Origin: Heterostelium pallidum
Lineage: Eukaryota
Reading direction: 5' to 3'
Length of the DNA stretch: 64,000 bases
Assembly (NCBI RefSeq): GCF_000004825.1
Contig: NW_008805068.1
Location: forward strand, 1,861,471 to 1,925,470
Translations under genes and position numbers: made by a program
Shown here: positions 39,943-53,097 of the stretch, one piece after another
How positions within the stretch are numbered: the first letter of the stretch is position 1
Layout of the letters: each line of letters begins with the position of its first letter
Notes under the pieces: model-generated
The model's database searches: none
What the model saw: only the letters and a program-made list of their open reading frames with translations
What the model was told of the DNA's origin: nothing

Positions 39943-41523
39943 TTATTCTACATTTCTACAAAAAGTATGGAAGTGTTTTACAACTCTATATAGACTATAA
40001 TCTTTTGATCGATTGAGTAAATCTACCAATGTACTACAACACAACTTATTGACTCTGATTATTCTGATGTTCTTGTTGGACTTAACAAACATCTTTATCT
40101 CTGGGCAGTCTGAGATTTGATAGTCCAATGAGAAGGTGTGAACTGATTTATTAGATGCTAGGTTGCTAAATAGCGACTGAATGTTGCAACTTGGCATGAT
40201 CTTCTTGATTGTATACAGTTTTAATATTTCAACGTTGCAATATTGAGAACCAAGGAATGAAAAGTCATCCATACTATTCTCAGTGATAGAGAGGAATCTG
40301 ATATTCTTGAATATTAAATTGTTGGTGAAAATAGGAAGATTGAGCATTGCTTTGAAATTGTATTTCAAATCTAACCACTCCACTGCTGAATGCTCTGATT
40401 GTTTCTCGAGATGTCCAGCATCTAGATTGTTGAATGTTTGCATTGCCAACTTTTTGATCGATCCAATATTGATGGTGAGTGGCAATGGGAAATCCTCAAA
40501 GTAAGTTATCTTGAAACTGGTGATCTTGTTATTGGTCGCCAACGTCTCATTTAGAGATCGAATTGTGGATTCATTTGTTTTCATATCATCAGCGAAATCG
40601 AATCTGATATTTAATTTACTCAGATTGGTCATCTGATTGATAAACGAGAAATCCAGGGTGTGCTCCGCTCCAAATTCAAATTGGAGAATTAAAGAGTTGA
40701 GATTCTCGAGACTGATCAATGCACGTCGGTATTCTGGGTTGGTAATGAACTGGATTTGGTTATCATCCAAACTAATGACAGCATACCTAAGTGACTTGGC
40801 AAGACTCTGGATGGAATATACCCGATATAAAGTGTTGGCTGGATACTCTTCTGGGAAATTAAAGATATACAGTGAGTTGATATTCTCTAGAGACTCTAGA
40901 TATTCAATGTACTGAGTGAAACTATTACTTCTCTGGAGCTCGGTTGTAGGTACGTTGTAATGCTTGGAATGGGTCATATGATACATGAGTCGGTTGGTTT
41001 TGGCTAGATGCGGTCTCAGTTTGTTCAGATATTGGAGTGTAGCGTTGGTCAATCCGCCAATATCCAGAACCAGACTATAGATCATACCGGAATCGAGCAA
41101 CTCTATTAGACGATCGACTTGGCGGTTGTAGATTGCAATCTGGTCAGCTATATCAGTGGTGATGGTCATCTTAAAAGAGACTATACAGTTGGTAGGATAT
41201 GGAATTTCGATATCATAGAAATGCAGCTGTCCTTCACCTTCGTTGGCCGGGTGGTATTTCATTCCGGTGTTTCTCACGTGGTTGAGAGTAGACACCATGA
41301 AATCAGTACTACCAAAATGAACATCCAAATATGAAGTGTACTTGAAATAGAGACGATCTACAACCACCGACCATCTCTTACATACCAACGCTAGCGTGAG
41401 TTTCCAAGTCAGTGGGAAATATAGATTTCTGTTGTTCACACCAACCCAATTCTTAATTGGGATATGCGAACTTTGGAATATATAATTCAATATCTCCTCA
41501 TGTAAAATAAAAGTTAATTTCAT
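39943..41523 (-). CDS. Hypothetical protein with an N-terminal F-box-like motif followed by a leucine-rich-repeat-like body, 526 aa, single ORF
   Basis: Long uninterrupted ORF in an AT-rich genome. The N-terminus LHEEILNYIFQSSHIPIKNWVGV...VCKRWSVVVDRLYF resembles the F-box consensus (L..EIL..IF....L.....VCK.W). The body has repeated L-x-x-L-x-L-N motifs. No catalytic signature was recognised. Confidence 0.6.
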   Translation of the reverse strand: MKLTFILHEEILNYIFQSSHIPIKNWVGVNNRNLYFPLTWKLTLALVCKRWSVVVDRLYFKYTSYLDVHFGSTDFMVSTLNHVRNTGMKYHPANEGEGQLHFYDIEIPYPTNCIVSFKMTITTDIADQIAIYNRQVDRLIELLDSGMIYSLVLDIGGLTNATLQYLNKLRPHLAKTNRLMYHMTHSKHYNVPTTELQRSNSFTQYIEYLESLENINSLYIFNFPEEYPANTLYRVYSIQSLAKSLRYAVISLDDNQIQFITNPEYRRALISLENLNSLILQFEFGAEHTLDFSFINQMTNLSKLNIRFDFADDMKTNESTIRSLNETLATNNKITSFKITYFEDFPLPLTINIGSIKKLAMQTFNNLDAGHLEKQSEHSAVEWLDLKYNFKAMLNLPIFTNNLIFKNIRFLSITENSMDDFSFLGSQYCNVEILKLYTIKKIMPSCNIQSLFSNLASNKSVHTFSLDYQISDCPEIKMFVKSNKNIRIIRVNKLCCSTLVDLLNRSKDYSLYRVVKHFHTFCRNVE

Positions 41524-41572
41524 ATTTAGTTAATATGGTAACACCGATCTGCGATTTGATCAAATCAATTTA

Positions 41573-41604
<32 letters not shown>

Positions 41605-41689
41605 ATAGGTCCTTGGATTTTATTTGGATAAAAAAATCATGAGCACTAATATGAACTACAGAAAGCCTCTGAGTCTTTCTAACTTCTTT

Positions 41690-42360
41690 AGCAATTAGAT
41701 TGGTGCTTGAATCTTTGAGCTATTTCGACCGAAGAATTTAGTTGATTTTCTGATTAGTTTGTGGTATTCTGGTTTATCTAGTTGATTGATGTTGTTGTTT
41801 GTTGAATTTGAGAAGGTGAGTGTGCTGACAGGAGTTGAAGGTGAGTTTCCAATAGAGAATTCAGACCTGGTTCAGTTCTATTAAGTTTCGGTAGAGGTCG
41901 TTTTTGTTGCCATTTTAAAGAAGTCTTTCACCTGATTCTTAATATTTTATTTTTATTTTTTTTTTATCATATCTTGAAGAATACTCAAATGGATTTTATT
42001 TTATTTGTTTATTTGCTAGCGAGGTGGGATGCCGTTGGGAAGTTCCAGGTTTGGTTCCAGATGAGTTTGAAATCGTCTAGCTTCTTCATTTGGATTGATA
42101 TGCTTTAATGTTCGAGTTGTTTCGACCGAAGTCTTGTTTTGATTTTCTGATTAGTTAGTGGTATTCTAGTTTAGCTAGTTTGTTAAAGTTGTAGGTTGTG
42201 TCATAGAAGTTTGCTGTGGAGAATCCATGTTACAATAAATAATAGAAATCAAGATATCTCCTTTTACTCAGCAGGTAATTTGTAATAATCCAGACCTGGT
42301 GTAATATAAAGCAATACGTTTCGGTGTAGCTCGTTTTTGTTTGAATGATGAAACATCAAC
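41690..42360. repeat. Two diverged tandem copies of a ~400-bp unit (approx. 41690..41940 and 42095..42360). The second copy ends exactly at the 5' end of tRNA-Asp.
   Basis: Shared blocks: ...TTGAGCTATTTCGACCGAAGAATTTAGTTGATTTTCTGATTAGTTTGTGGTATTCTGGTTTATCTAGTTGATTG vs ...TTCGAGTTGTTTCGACCGAAGTCTTGTTTTGATTTTCTGATTAGTTAGTGGTATTCTAGTTTAGCTAGTTTGTT. Later ...CAGACCTGGTTCAG...GTTTCGGTAGAGGTCGTTTTTGTTGCC vs ...CCAGACCTGGTGTAA...GTTTCGGTGTAGCTCGTTTTTGTTTG. Identity is about 75-80% with indels. Confidence 0.6.
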
Positions 42361-42433
42361 TCCCCCTTTGGTCTAGTGGTGAGGATTTTCGCCTGTCACG
42401 CGAAAGGCCCGGGTTCAATTCCCGGAAGGGGAG
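42361..42433 (+). tRNA. tRNA-Asp (anticodon GUC)
   Basis: TCCCCCTTTGGTCTAGTGGTGAGGATTTTCGCCTGTCACGCGAAAGGCCCGGGTTCAATTCCCGGAAGGGGAG. 7-bp acceptor stem with one mismatch. D-loop AGTGGTGAG. Anticodon loop CTGTCAC gives GTC. T-arm CCGGG-TTCAATT-CCCGG with an intragenic B-box. Discriminator G. Near-identical in layout to metazoan tRNA-Asp. Confidence 0.85.
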
Positions 42434-42649
42434 AAATATTTTTATTGACCTATCAAAAAATCATGTTCCGCCTGCGGTAAGTCTCATTTTGTAAAAATAA
42501 AAATAACTGAAAGAAGCCCAAGCCTCTTTGGCCAAGCTGGTCTAACTACGTGCCACCACTTTATACTATTGTTCATCAACACGCAACTACTGTTAGATCT
42601 ATTCTATCCTAATACTACTCAACTTATTAATTAATAATTTATAACAATA

Positions 42650-44247
42650 CAGTAAAATTACTATTTTTTTACCATCTAGTACCAAACTTAAAGATTAGTA
42701 TATATCTTTTATATTTTTAATTTATTAAAGTTAAATAATATATTAGGAATAAGTACAAAGTAAGATGTATTCAAATATATAAGTCTTAATTTAAAAAAAT
42801 AAAAATAAAAAATAAAAAAAAATAAAAAAGAAAAAAAGTTATAAACTCAAACATGACAATTATTTAGTATTGTTTGAAAACAAGATAATTATTTATTTTA
42901 TTTTATTCTTTAAAAATAATAAATTTAATGAAATATTATATATATATTTATAATGTCTATAACAGAGATACTTAGAAAAAGAATAGTAGATAGTTTCAAT
43001 AGAGGTGACTCACAAGCACAGATAGGTCGAACTTTTGGAGTTAGTAGAGGAACAGTAGTAAATAGAATCAAAAGATTCGAACAAATAGAATCTTTGAAAG
43101 ATAGAGTAAGAACAGGTAGACCAAGAATATTCAGTGACAGAATCAGAAGAGCAATAGTCAGATTTTTGTTAATTCGAGAATGTATGACCGTTCCCCAAGT
43201 GCAACAATGTATCGAGAGATGATTCAATAGGTTCGTTTCTATTAGCCAGATTCACAGAAAATAATCCATCAACAATTTCTTGTATACAAACCTCTGTCGA
43301 AAAAACATGATTTGACACTGGCTGCAATCAAGGCAAGGTTGGCTTTCGCCAAAGAACATCGTCACTGGACAGTGGACCAATGGAAGCACTGTATATTCAC
43401 CGATGAGTCTACAATCGAATCAAATCCTAAGAATTACTATCAATATGAATGGAACAGACTTGGTTGCAACAGATTCGAAAAAGTTTACAGGATGAGGAGA
43501 TACCTGCGAAGGAAGTTTAATTTTGGGAGTTGTGTGACACCCGTCGGAACAGGCTATCTTGCTGAAATCGAAGGAACTTGGAAAACCAACAATATATAGA
43601 GATTCTCCAAAATCAAAACATCGATTCTATTCAGCTTTATCGTGGAAACGTACGACAATATATTCTAGTTCAAGACAATTGTCCAGTTCATACCGCCAAT
43701 AATGTGGTCAACTTTATGAGAGCTCGACGTTTAAAAAATCTATTCATACCGGCATACTCACCAGATATTAATATCATCGAGAAACTATGGGGAATAGTTA
43801 AAAAGATAGTAAAGAATCACATGTACAGTCACCCTGGCGCGGATATGATGGAGGTGATCTGTGAGATATGGGAGGATATTGACCTACAATTAATTGACCA
43901 TTTATATGAATCACTTCCAAACCGAATGGATGCTATTATACAGACAAAAGTCAAATGGACCATATATTAAATAAATTATTTTTTTTAAAAATTATTTTTT
44001 CTTCAAAACATCAACTGTCACCATTCCGTACTAAATAATTGTCATGTTTGAGTTTATAACTTTTTTTCTTTTTTATTTTTTTTTATTTTTTATTTTTATT
44101 TTTTTAAATTAAGACTTATATATTTGAATACATCTTACTTTGTACTTATTCCTAATATATTATTTAACTTTAATCAATTAAAAATATAAAAGATATATAC
44201 TAATCTTTAAGTTTGGTACTAGATGGTAAAAAAATAGTAATTTTACT

Positions 44248-44248
<1 letters not shown>
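42650..44248 (+). mobile_element. Tc1/mariner-superfamily DNA transposon (Dictyostelium DDT-like), 1.6 kb. Terminal inverted repeats ~220 bp at 42650..42868 and 44030..44248. Flanking TA target-site duplication at 42648-42649 and 44249-44250.
   Basis: Left end TA|CAGTAAAATTACTATTTTTTTACCATCTAGTACC.... Right end ...GGTACTAGATGGTAAAAAAATAGTAATTTTACTG|TA. The two ends are reverse complements over ~220 bp, including the A/T-rich blocks and ...GTTATAAACTCAAACATGACAATTATTTAGT. Internally there is a transposase with an HTH (TGRPRIFSDRIRRAIVR), then KPLSKKHDLTLAAIKARLAFAKEHRHWTVDQWKHCIFTDEST, then the DDE core ...YILVQDNCPVHTA...FIPAYSPDINIIEKLWG.... Confidence 0.85.
42953..43970 (+). pseudogene. Tc1-like transposase coding region. 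Either disrupted or requiring unconventional joins. Three ORF pieces: 42953..43222, ~43220..43611 and 43578..43970.
   Basis: Piece 1 ends at a TGA after ...VPQVQQCIER. The conserved KPLSKK...FAKEH...FTDEST block is in another frame, opening after a TAG at ~43225. A further 1-nt frame shift sits inside GAAGGAACTTGGAAAAC, between ...GYLAEIEGT and LENQQYIEILQ...QDNCPVH...SPDINIIE. A possible phase-0 intron GTGCAA...tattag would bridge the first break, but nothing bridges the second. So this is a degenerate copy or a strain-specific frameshift. Confidence 0.6.
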
Positions 44249-44280
<32 letters not shown>

Positions 44281-45097
44281 TTTTATTGGCTATATTTCTC
44301 ACGGCCTGTGTGAGAATGTATATATAATATAAAACACGAACTAGCAGGTTAATATCAATACCTGCAATTTGTTGACTGATCATGAGTCAACAAATCTTTT
44401 TTTTGCAAAAAAAAAAAAAAAAAAAAAGCTGGTCCTTTAGTCCTGTGAAATGTTTGGTGATGGTACCCAATACAAGCTGGAAATATCGTCAAGAGAGCAG
44501 TCACCTATTACACCAAATCAATCGATGCCAATTACAGTACCACTAGCTTAACTTCACAATAGCTAATTCTTTATCCCATGGAGTCACTGTCGATTGCTCT
44601 GCAATAACGAATAAATTTAAATCTGATTGGAATCTTAATCCTTCAAACTAATTGCCACTAGTTTATACAGTTGTTCATCAACACTTAACTACTGTTAGAT
44701 CAATTCTATCTAAATACAATATTTAGTATATTCAATAATCTGAATAAATTCTATTACTTCGCGTTAAACTCAATGTATTCATTATTGAGAAGATTGACAG
44801 CTGAGTAATGAATAACTTAATTTAGAAACAACAGATTTAATTTAATTATTATTTGGATCTCAGGTGATTTCCTTTGAGAAGCAGGTGAAGTTTTAACATA
44901 CAGGAATTGCACAATCAACTGACTTTGAAAGTTGGTGAAGTGCATCTATAATATCATCATATTGAAATTCATTGTTTTCAGATAAATCTCATTGATTAGT
45001 ATATTTATTTAATTTTTTAATAATATATTTGAATAAAGGTACAACAATGCAACCAAAACTTCAATATATATCAATCTATTTATTTTAATTTGAACTT

Positions 45098-48000
45098 TCA
45101 TTGTTGTGGAAATGCAAGTTGTAAAACGGTTGGATGAATTTGTTGGATTTGTTGGTTGAACGATTGATGTATTGTAGATGATTCTTTCATTTTGTTGATT
45201 AGATAGGTTGACATATCGACTGTGTTGACTGGGTCGTGAGACGACACGATCTTGAGGTTAATGTCTACCAAGCTGGTTTCGGGCAATACCAGTCCATCCT
45301 CGGAGAAACTGATCAGTGAAAGGTCGATTGGATCGATGTCTGCACGAAGACCAACAACAATGGTGACAATAGGTGAAATGAGCTCGGCTACTTCCGTTCG
45401 TTGCACTGCCAGCAAATTGGAGAGTGCAACCGCTGTGAGTTTGCGTGCCTCCGAGGTACCGATCGAATCGATACGGTCGAACCAACCGTCAAAGAAAGGA
45501 CGATAGGCAACACCGTACTTATCCATAAAAGCAAAGAATCCAAGTGGATTCATCGCAATCAACCGAGCGAATATATTGAAATAGTGAACGATTGCCAGTT
45601 CTGTCTCTTGAACTTGATCATTCTCTTCGTCACCACCGCCGCCACCACCGTTGATTCCATTGATAAGACAATTCAACTTGATAAATACCGGTTGTAATAA
45701 TACTGCTCCCTCCACTGGATACACTTGAAGTACACGATCGATTGGTCGCATTGTTGAGAGCAAACTCTCGTCTTTGATGTCACCGAGTAGCATCAATATG
45801 ATCTTGACAATCTGCTCACCGTAGATGACAAACAACTGTTTTCCACCGATGAGAATATAGGCATCCAATATCTTTAGTGCCATCTCGTTGTGTTCGAATG
45901 TCTTTTGAATGATGGCCAACAAGTTGCCAAACAACTTGAGCAACGGCTCCGAAAATTCTTTGGCTCGCACAATGAGAGCGTGCCACAGCTCGAGAGCGTC
46001 TTCAATGAGGTAAATCGATTCCTCCGTATCGGGAGTAGTCGATTGTTCGATCACCGGCAATAGGAATCCATAGAATTCAGTGGCATCGTTATTCAAAGCC
46101 TGAAGGAACAACGTCAGATTTCTAACAATGGCACTCTTCAAATGATGTGGAGCTTCACCATTACTCCACATATCAGATACCAATGTCATTATATTATTTC
46201 CAAATGGTTTAATCTATTTAACAAAACATTAGTCAACATGATCTTTAAAAACAAATTAAAATCTACAATAAATTAGTTAGTTTACTTACTTTTTCATTTA
46301 TTTTAATGTAAACAGAACCTAATGTTTCTAATAATTTACATTTGATATCTACATTTGTGACTCTTTTCGATAGATTAAAAATAGATAACAATGTTCTATC
46401 TGCGTATGGAACAAAATCTTCTAATTCTGTTTGATAGTCATCGATATCTAAATACATATAGACAATTAAGAAATAGTTAATTAACATTGTTATGATATTT
46501 ATAATTGATATCAGTAATAATTACATGATCTTAATGACTCTTGTGCTGTTAGTGCAATGACTAAATCATCGTTCGATGTCAACTCCAATACTAGATTGAT
46601 AATGAATGGTTTCAAGTTGACTGGAATCTTTGGAATCCAATAACCGACCAACCAACAGACACGACGTCTAATGATGTTGTATCGTTTGTCTTGCATCTGT
46701 AACTCCTTCATAAAGACATTGGAGAATAGCTGTTCGAAGCTAACATTATCGTAGAGGTCGTAGTATCCAAGACCGACAGTCATGTAGCACGCTTCCTTCA
46801 GGAGAATCTGCTCGGTGCTCAGCTGCTGCTGCTGGTTACCGTCGACTGTCATGTGTCCACTCGTCACGTAGTTGAGCATCTCAAGCACCGTCCTCACACC
46901 GATCTCGTGAAAGTGTCGCATCAACAGGATGAACAGCGAGTAGGAACACGGTTTCATCTCGTAGGCGTTGGTCTCGGCACCGCTATCGATGTCGTTGATG
47001 AATTGCTCGGGATCCTCTTGCCACTGAGCGAGTTCGTCGCCGTTGAGAATCAGGTAGTTCGAGACGAGTGCACGCAGCAACTCACTCAGCACCTCATTAC
47101 TAAAGAACTGGTGAATCGATTGCTGTGCTTTGATGGTCGGTGTCATCACGGTGGCAATCGAGTGTTTGGCAGCCAAACTCGACATCGGAGTGACTTCATC
47201 TTCATTCTCATCGTAGATCATATCGCTTTGATAGCTAGTACAATCGACGACATCCTTCAAGAAAGTAAGCGATTGCACCAAACTCTTCTTGAACACATGA
47301 ACACCAGCTTTTGCATGATTGAAACTAATAATCTGTTGATTGAAATAGACCAATGATTTCGGTAGGAAATCAATAAAAGATAATGGATTTTGTGTTTGTG
47401 TTTTAACCAATATCTAAACAAGTTATTGGATCGTTAGTTTAGAATAAGATATAGGTAATTTAATGATAATGATAATGATAATGTTGTTACCTTTTGATTA
47501 ACTGTTATTAGTTGATCGTAGTTTTGGGTGAATGGGTGATCCGATGGTAAGAGTTGAATGAGCTCACGGAATAGATGTAGCTGTGGAAGTAGAGTGAATA
47601 GTAGATCGAAATGATCGACAATCTCTGGTGTCTCTTGATATTGTGTATAGCCATTGACAATGACACGTCTCAATATCTTCGATACCAATACCAGCAACTC
47701 CAATGAATTCAAATGAGTTTGTATAAACATCTCCAATTGCTGCTGTTGTAGCTGTTGACCACTGCTCTTAACACCATCCAACAGCTTTATGAAACCAGAC
47801 GATCCATCTCTAAAGAATTGACTAAAATATTTAAATAACTGTACAGATACCTATAGAATCAAAGTTATATATTAGAACAAGTTAACAAAACAACAACAAC
47901 AAATTCAATTTCATCCATTTATAAATGTCCGAAAATAGTGGTTATAACTAACTTACTTGATAATATGATTGTCTATCAGGTTGGAATCTGCGTGATGCCA

Positions 48001-48610
48001 ATTCATTGACCACTGCTTTTATTGTGGTGAGTGCACTCTTTTTGATAGTGTCATTTCCATTCTCATAGAGATTCAACAATGAGTTGAAGAGTGTTGGCCA
48101 ATGTGCGGGAAAGTCGACTCTTGCAATCTGAGAGATGATGATAGCGAGATGTGCACTGATCTTTGCATTCTGACCTTGATGATCAAACTTTGTCAACAAT
48201 TCAATAAACTGTGATCTATATACTTCTTTTTCCTGATCGGTTATAATTGAATTGCTATTATTACAATAAAAGATACATAGATAGATAGAGAGAGAGATAG
48301 ATCAATGCGATGAATGTGGTGGTGTCAGTACACAACATCAAAAAGAAAATGAAATATTACAAAAGCAACATGTAACTACTTACTTTTTCTTTCTCCAAAT
48401 CGATTGAATATGATTCTTTAATACTATGGTTGCAACGTATTGTACTAGTTGCGAGACATTGTTGTCAAAGAGTAGCGCTATCAGTGCACCTGTGAATCCT
48501 TGGACATCGTTTAGCTGTTTGATCTGCTGTTCTGTCACTCTCAATAGTTCGGTGTCTGCCGACAACACATTTGAAAGCAATCCACACAACTGTTCCTTTG
48601 TGAAATTCAT
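45098..48610 (-). CDS. Importin-beta family karyopherin, importin-11/Kap120-like. Multi-exon. ORF-supported exons 48380..48610, ~47948..48199, ~47434..47781, 46511..47410, 46263..46487, 45098..46189.
   Basis: Exon 1 MNFTKEQLCGLLSNVLSADTELLRVTEQQIKQLNDVQGFTGALIALLFDNNVSQLVQYVATIVLKNHIQSIWRKK is an importin N-terminal (IBN_N) domain, following the IPO11 pattern ...AEEQLKQWETQPGF...VRWLAVLYFKHGIDRYWRR. Its GTAAGT donor is at 48380. Downstream exons are all-helical HEAT/ARM-like with no low-complexity runs. Internal junctions are not individually verified. Confidence 0.7.
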
Positions 48611-49183
48611 CTAAGTGAACGATGTAAACTAAAGAAACAAAACAAAATGAAACAAAGATCTTTATTGTATGTTTTTGTTTTTTGTTTAAAACTTTTTTAA
48701 AAAAAACCACCACTTTGATTTAACAACACTTTCGTGCAATAAATACTATTCAAAGAAATCATATCTCCACACACTACTATATTGAATTATACTTTACAAT
48801 CAAACGAACAACAAGTTGACTACAGTTTAGTTTTTATTTTCAAAAAAAAACTAAATCGATCAATAACAAATAACTATACTAAAAAATTCAAATAAAAAAA
48901 AAAAGAATATCACTTTAAATGAACTCAAGTTAAAAAATATCAATTATTTTAAATTTGTTGCAATAAATATTCATAACATGTAAGATATCTATATTTTTTG
49001 ATCAGTTAGTTATATTCAAACTCTTTATTTTGTTTTTATATTTTTTTTTTTAATTTTGATTTTTTTTTTTTAAAAAAAAAACCGAATGATCCAAAAAAAA
49101 AATTTTGATATCGTCGTTGCTTTGGTGGAAATTTGTTGTTATTTTTTTTTGTCAATAATCAATTATATAGATAATATTTTAAA

Positions 49184-49589
49184 ATGAACAATAGAATCTT
49201 TGTTGCCCGTCTCCCATGGTCTGTTTGCAAGAGTATGTGTTTTACATAAAATGATCATGAATCTCATCACTATTGTCGCACAGAGTCTATAAAAATATGA
49301 ATATCAACAGTTCAACACAGTAATAATTCAACCACATTCATATTCAGTTTAATTCAACTTCTCCAGTCAATTCGATTCAAGCTGAAAAGATTAAGATAAA
49401 AAAATAAGAAATATTCAAAAAAAAAACAACTATACATTTCATGAAATAAATGAACAGTGAAGGTTGTTGAAGCAGCAAAAAATAAAGATAAAAGGAATTG
49501 TAATCGATTAAATGACATTGCATTGAACTGTGTTGGATTGGAATGGATTGGATAGGATAGGATTAGATTTGATTATATGTGCATATGAC

Positions 49590-49640
<51 letters not shown>

Positions 49641-50044
49641 TAGATAAAGATGACATAAAATCAAAGGAATACAACAACAACAAATACTAATTTAAATAAA
49701 CCTATGTTATAAATAAACAGTCGCTTTGAGAAATCACTTTGCTAAATACGGTCCAATCTCTGATGGATACGTAGTTTTGGATCGTATCACCAGACGTTCA
49801 AAGGGATACGGTTTCGTCACTTTCGCCAGCCAAGAGTCTGCTCAAAACGCCGTCTCTGCTCAACACGAAATCGAAGGAAGACAATTGGTTGTAAACATTG
49901 CTTTTGGTAAGTTATAACAATAAACCTTTTCTCATGATAGAATTTAATTAACTAACACTCTTTGTTTAATTAATATAATTAATTCAATCAGATAAAAACG
50001 CTGGTTCAACTCAAAAGTCAACTCAAGACGAAGTCGATGCTTAA
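49184..50044 (+). CDS. Small single-RRM RNA-binding protein (~98 aa). Exons 49184..49232, 49721..49906, 49992..50044. The first intron is unusually long for this genome at 488 bp.
   Basis: Exon 1 MNNRIFVARLPWSVCK carries RNP-2. It has a GTATGT donor, and the acceptor aaataaacag is at 49720. Exon 2 IALRNHFAKYGPISDGYVVLDRITRRSKGYGFVTFASQESAQNAVSAQHEIEGRQLVVNIAFG carries RNP-1 KGYGFVTF. The GTAAGT...aatcag intron then leads to DKNAGSTQKSTQDEVDA*. Phases are consistent. Confidence 0.6.
49589..49641. repeat. (ATA)n microsatellite, about 18 units, inside the first intron of the RRM gene
   Basis: Uninterrupted ataataata... run read directly from the sequence. Confidence 0.9.
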
Positions 50045-50967
50045 ATAATTTTAAATATATAAAATATAATATGACTAAAAAAAAAACAAAACAAATACAT
50101 TTAAATTAAACAAAAAAAAACTTTAAACTTTTAAAACTTAAATTTAAAACATTATTATCATTGCAATGCAAATTTGATATATCTGTAATTGAAAAAAGAT
50201 AATGAATATTCAGATTATTATAATGATGAGAGATTGACTAATTGAAGTTGATTTTAAAATAATAACTTTTAATTAATTAAACTTTAATTTAATTTAAATA
50301 AATACAAGAATTTGATACTAGTTTTTTATATATATATATTATTATAATCGCTATATATTATATGTTTATACTTTTTGAAAAGGGTTACCAGTACCTCCTG
50401 ACTCAGGATCTTTATCGATTTTACCAGTTAACATCTTAGTTTTTATAGGTTAGTTAAGTTTTAAAGTTTAGTATCAACATATACATACACCATGTTGTAT
50501 TCTCATTAAACAATCACGACCAACCATGATCATCTCTACTTGTTTATGTGGATCTGTTTCGAATTTCGAATTTTCATATTCATTTCTTACACTATCTCTT
50601 AAAATGACTTTCCTTTAAGAAGAGTATATATGGTATTAATAAAACTGTATTCAAATATCAACTACTACAACAACAATAACAACAATAGTTATTATAACAA
50701 TGATATTTACCAAGGTATACCTTGTTCGTTTGTATGAGTGAAATGCCTCAAAGTTCTCATAATCTCTCTATATAATTTAATTGCTTCTCTATTTCCTGTA
50801 CTAACAATCATCTTTTAACTTTCTTTCTTTCTTTTTTTATCAAGTAGTAGTAATGTTATAGTAATATATATATTATCTAATAATTATGTGTTACAAGTTA
50901 AAGATAAATAAATTATTGAGGAAACGAACTTCCATTGCCCTTCAGCAGATATGTTTTTTTTAACACC

Positions 50968-50998
<31 letters not shown>

Positions 50999-51409
50999 GA
51001 AATTCAACTGTAACAGTTAAAATAACATAGTATAGAAAGAGGAAGAAGAACCAGTAAATTCAATGATTTAATAACTTAACTTTTAATTAGTTTAATCATA
51101 ATAAAGATAAAGCACAACTTTCAAAGTTTTAATTTTTTTTAATCATATCGTATGAAACAATAAGTTTTATCACTTTAGTGTTTTTTTTTACGTTTCAATA
51201 AATAATTTTCTTATTTATAATATAAATATATATAATATATAATTACTATCATATATAATATAGTAAACATATTTAAAGAAATACAGCTGTAATATAATTA
51301 GTATAAAAAAAAGAGTTAGTTACATTCATAATTACTCTACACTTTCACATTGCAAAAAAAAAAGTTTTTTTTCAAATTTTTGTGTCACCATAAAAATTCA
51401 CACACCAAC

Positions 51410-53097
<1,688 letters not shown>

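Noticed and set aside
42500-42560. Possible second tRNA (TTGGCCAAGCTGGTCTAA resembles a class-II tRNA D-arm)
   Set aside because: I could not assemble an acceptor stem, anticodon arm or T-arm (no GTTCGAATC-type box) around it. This is probably chance similarity.
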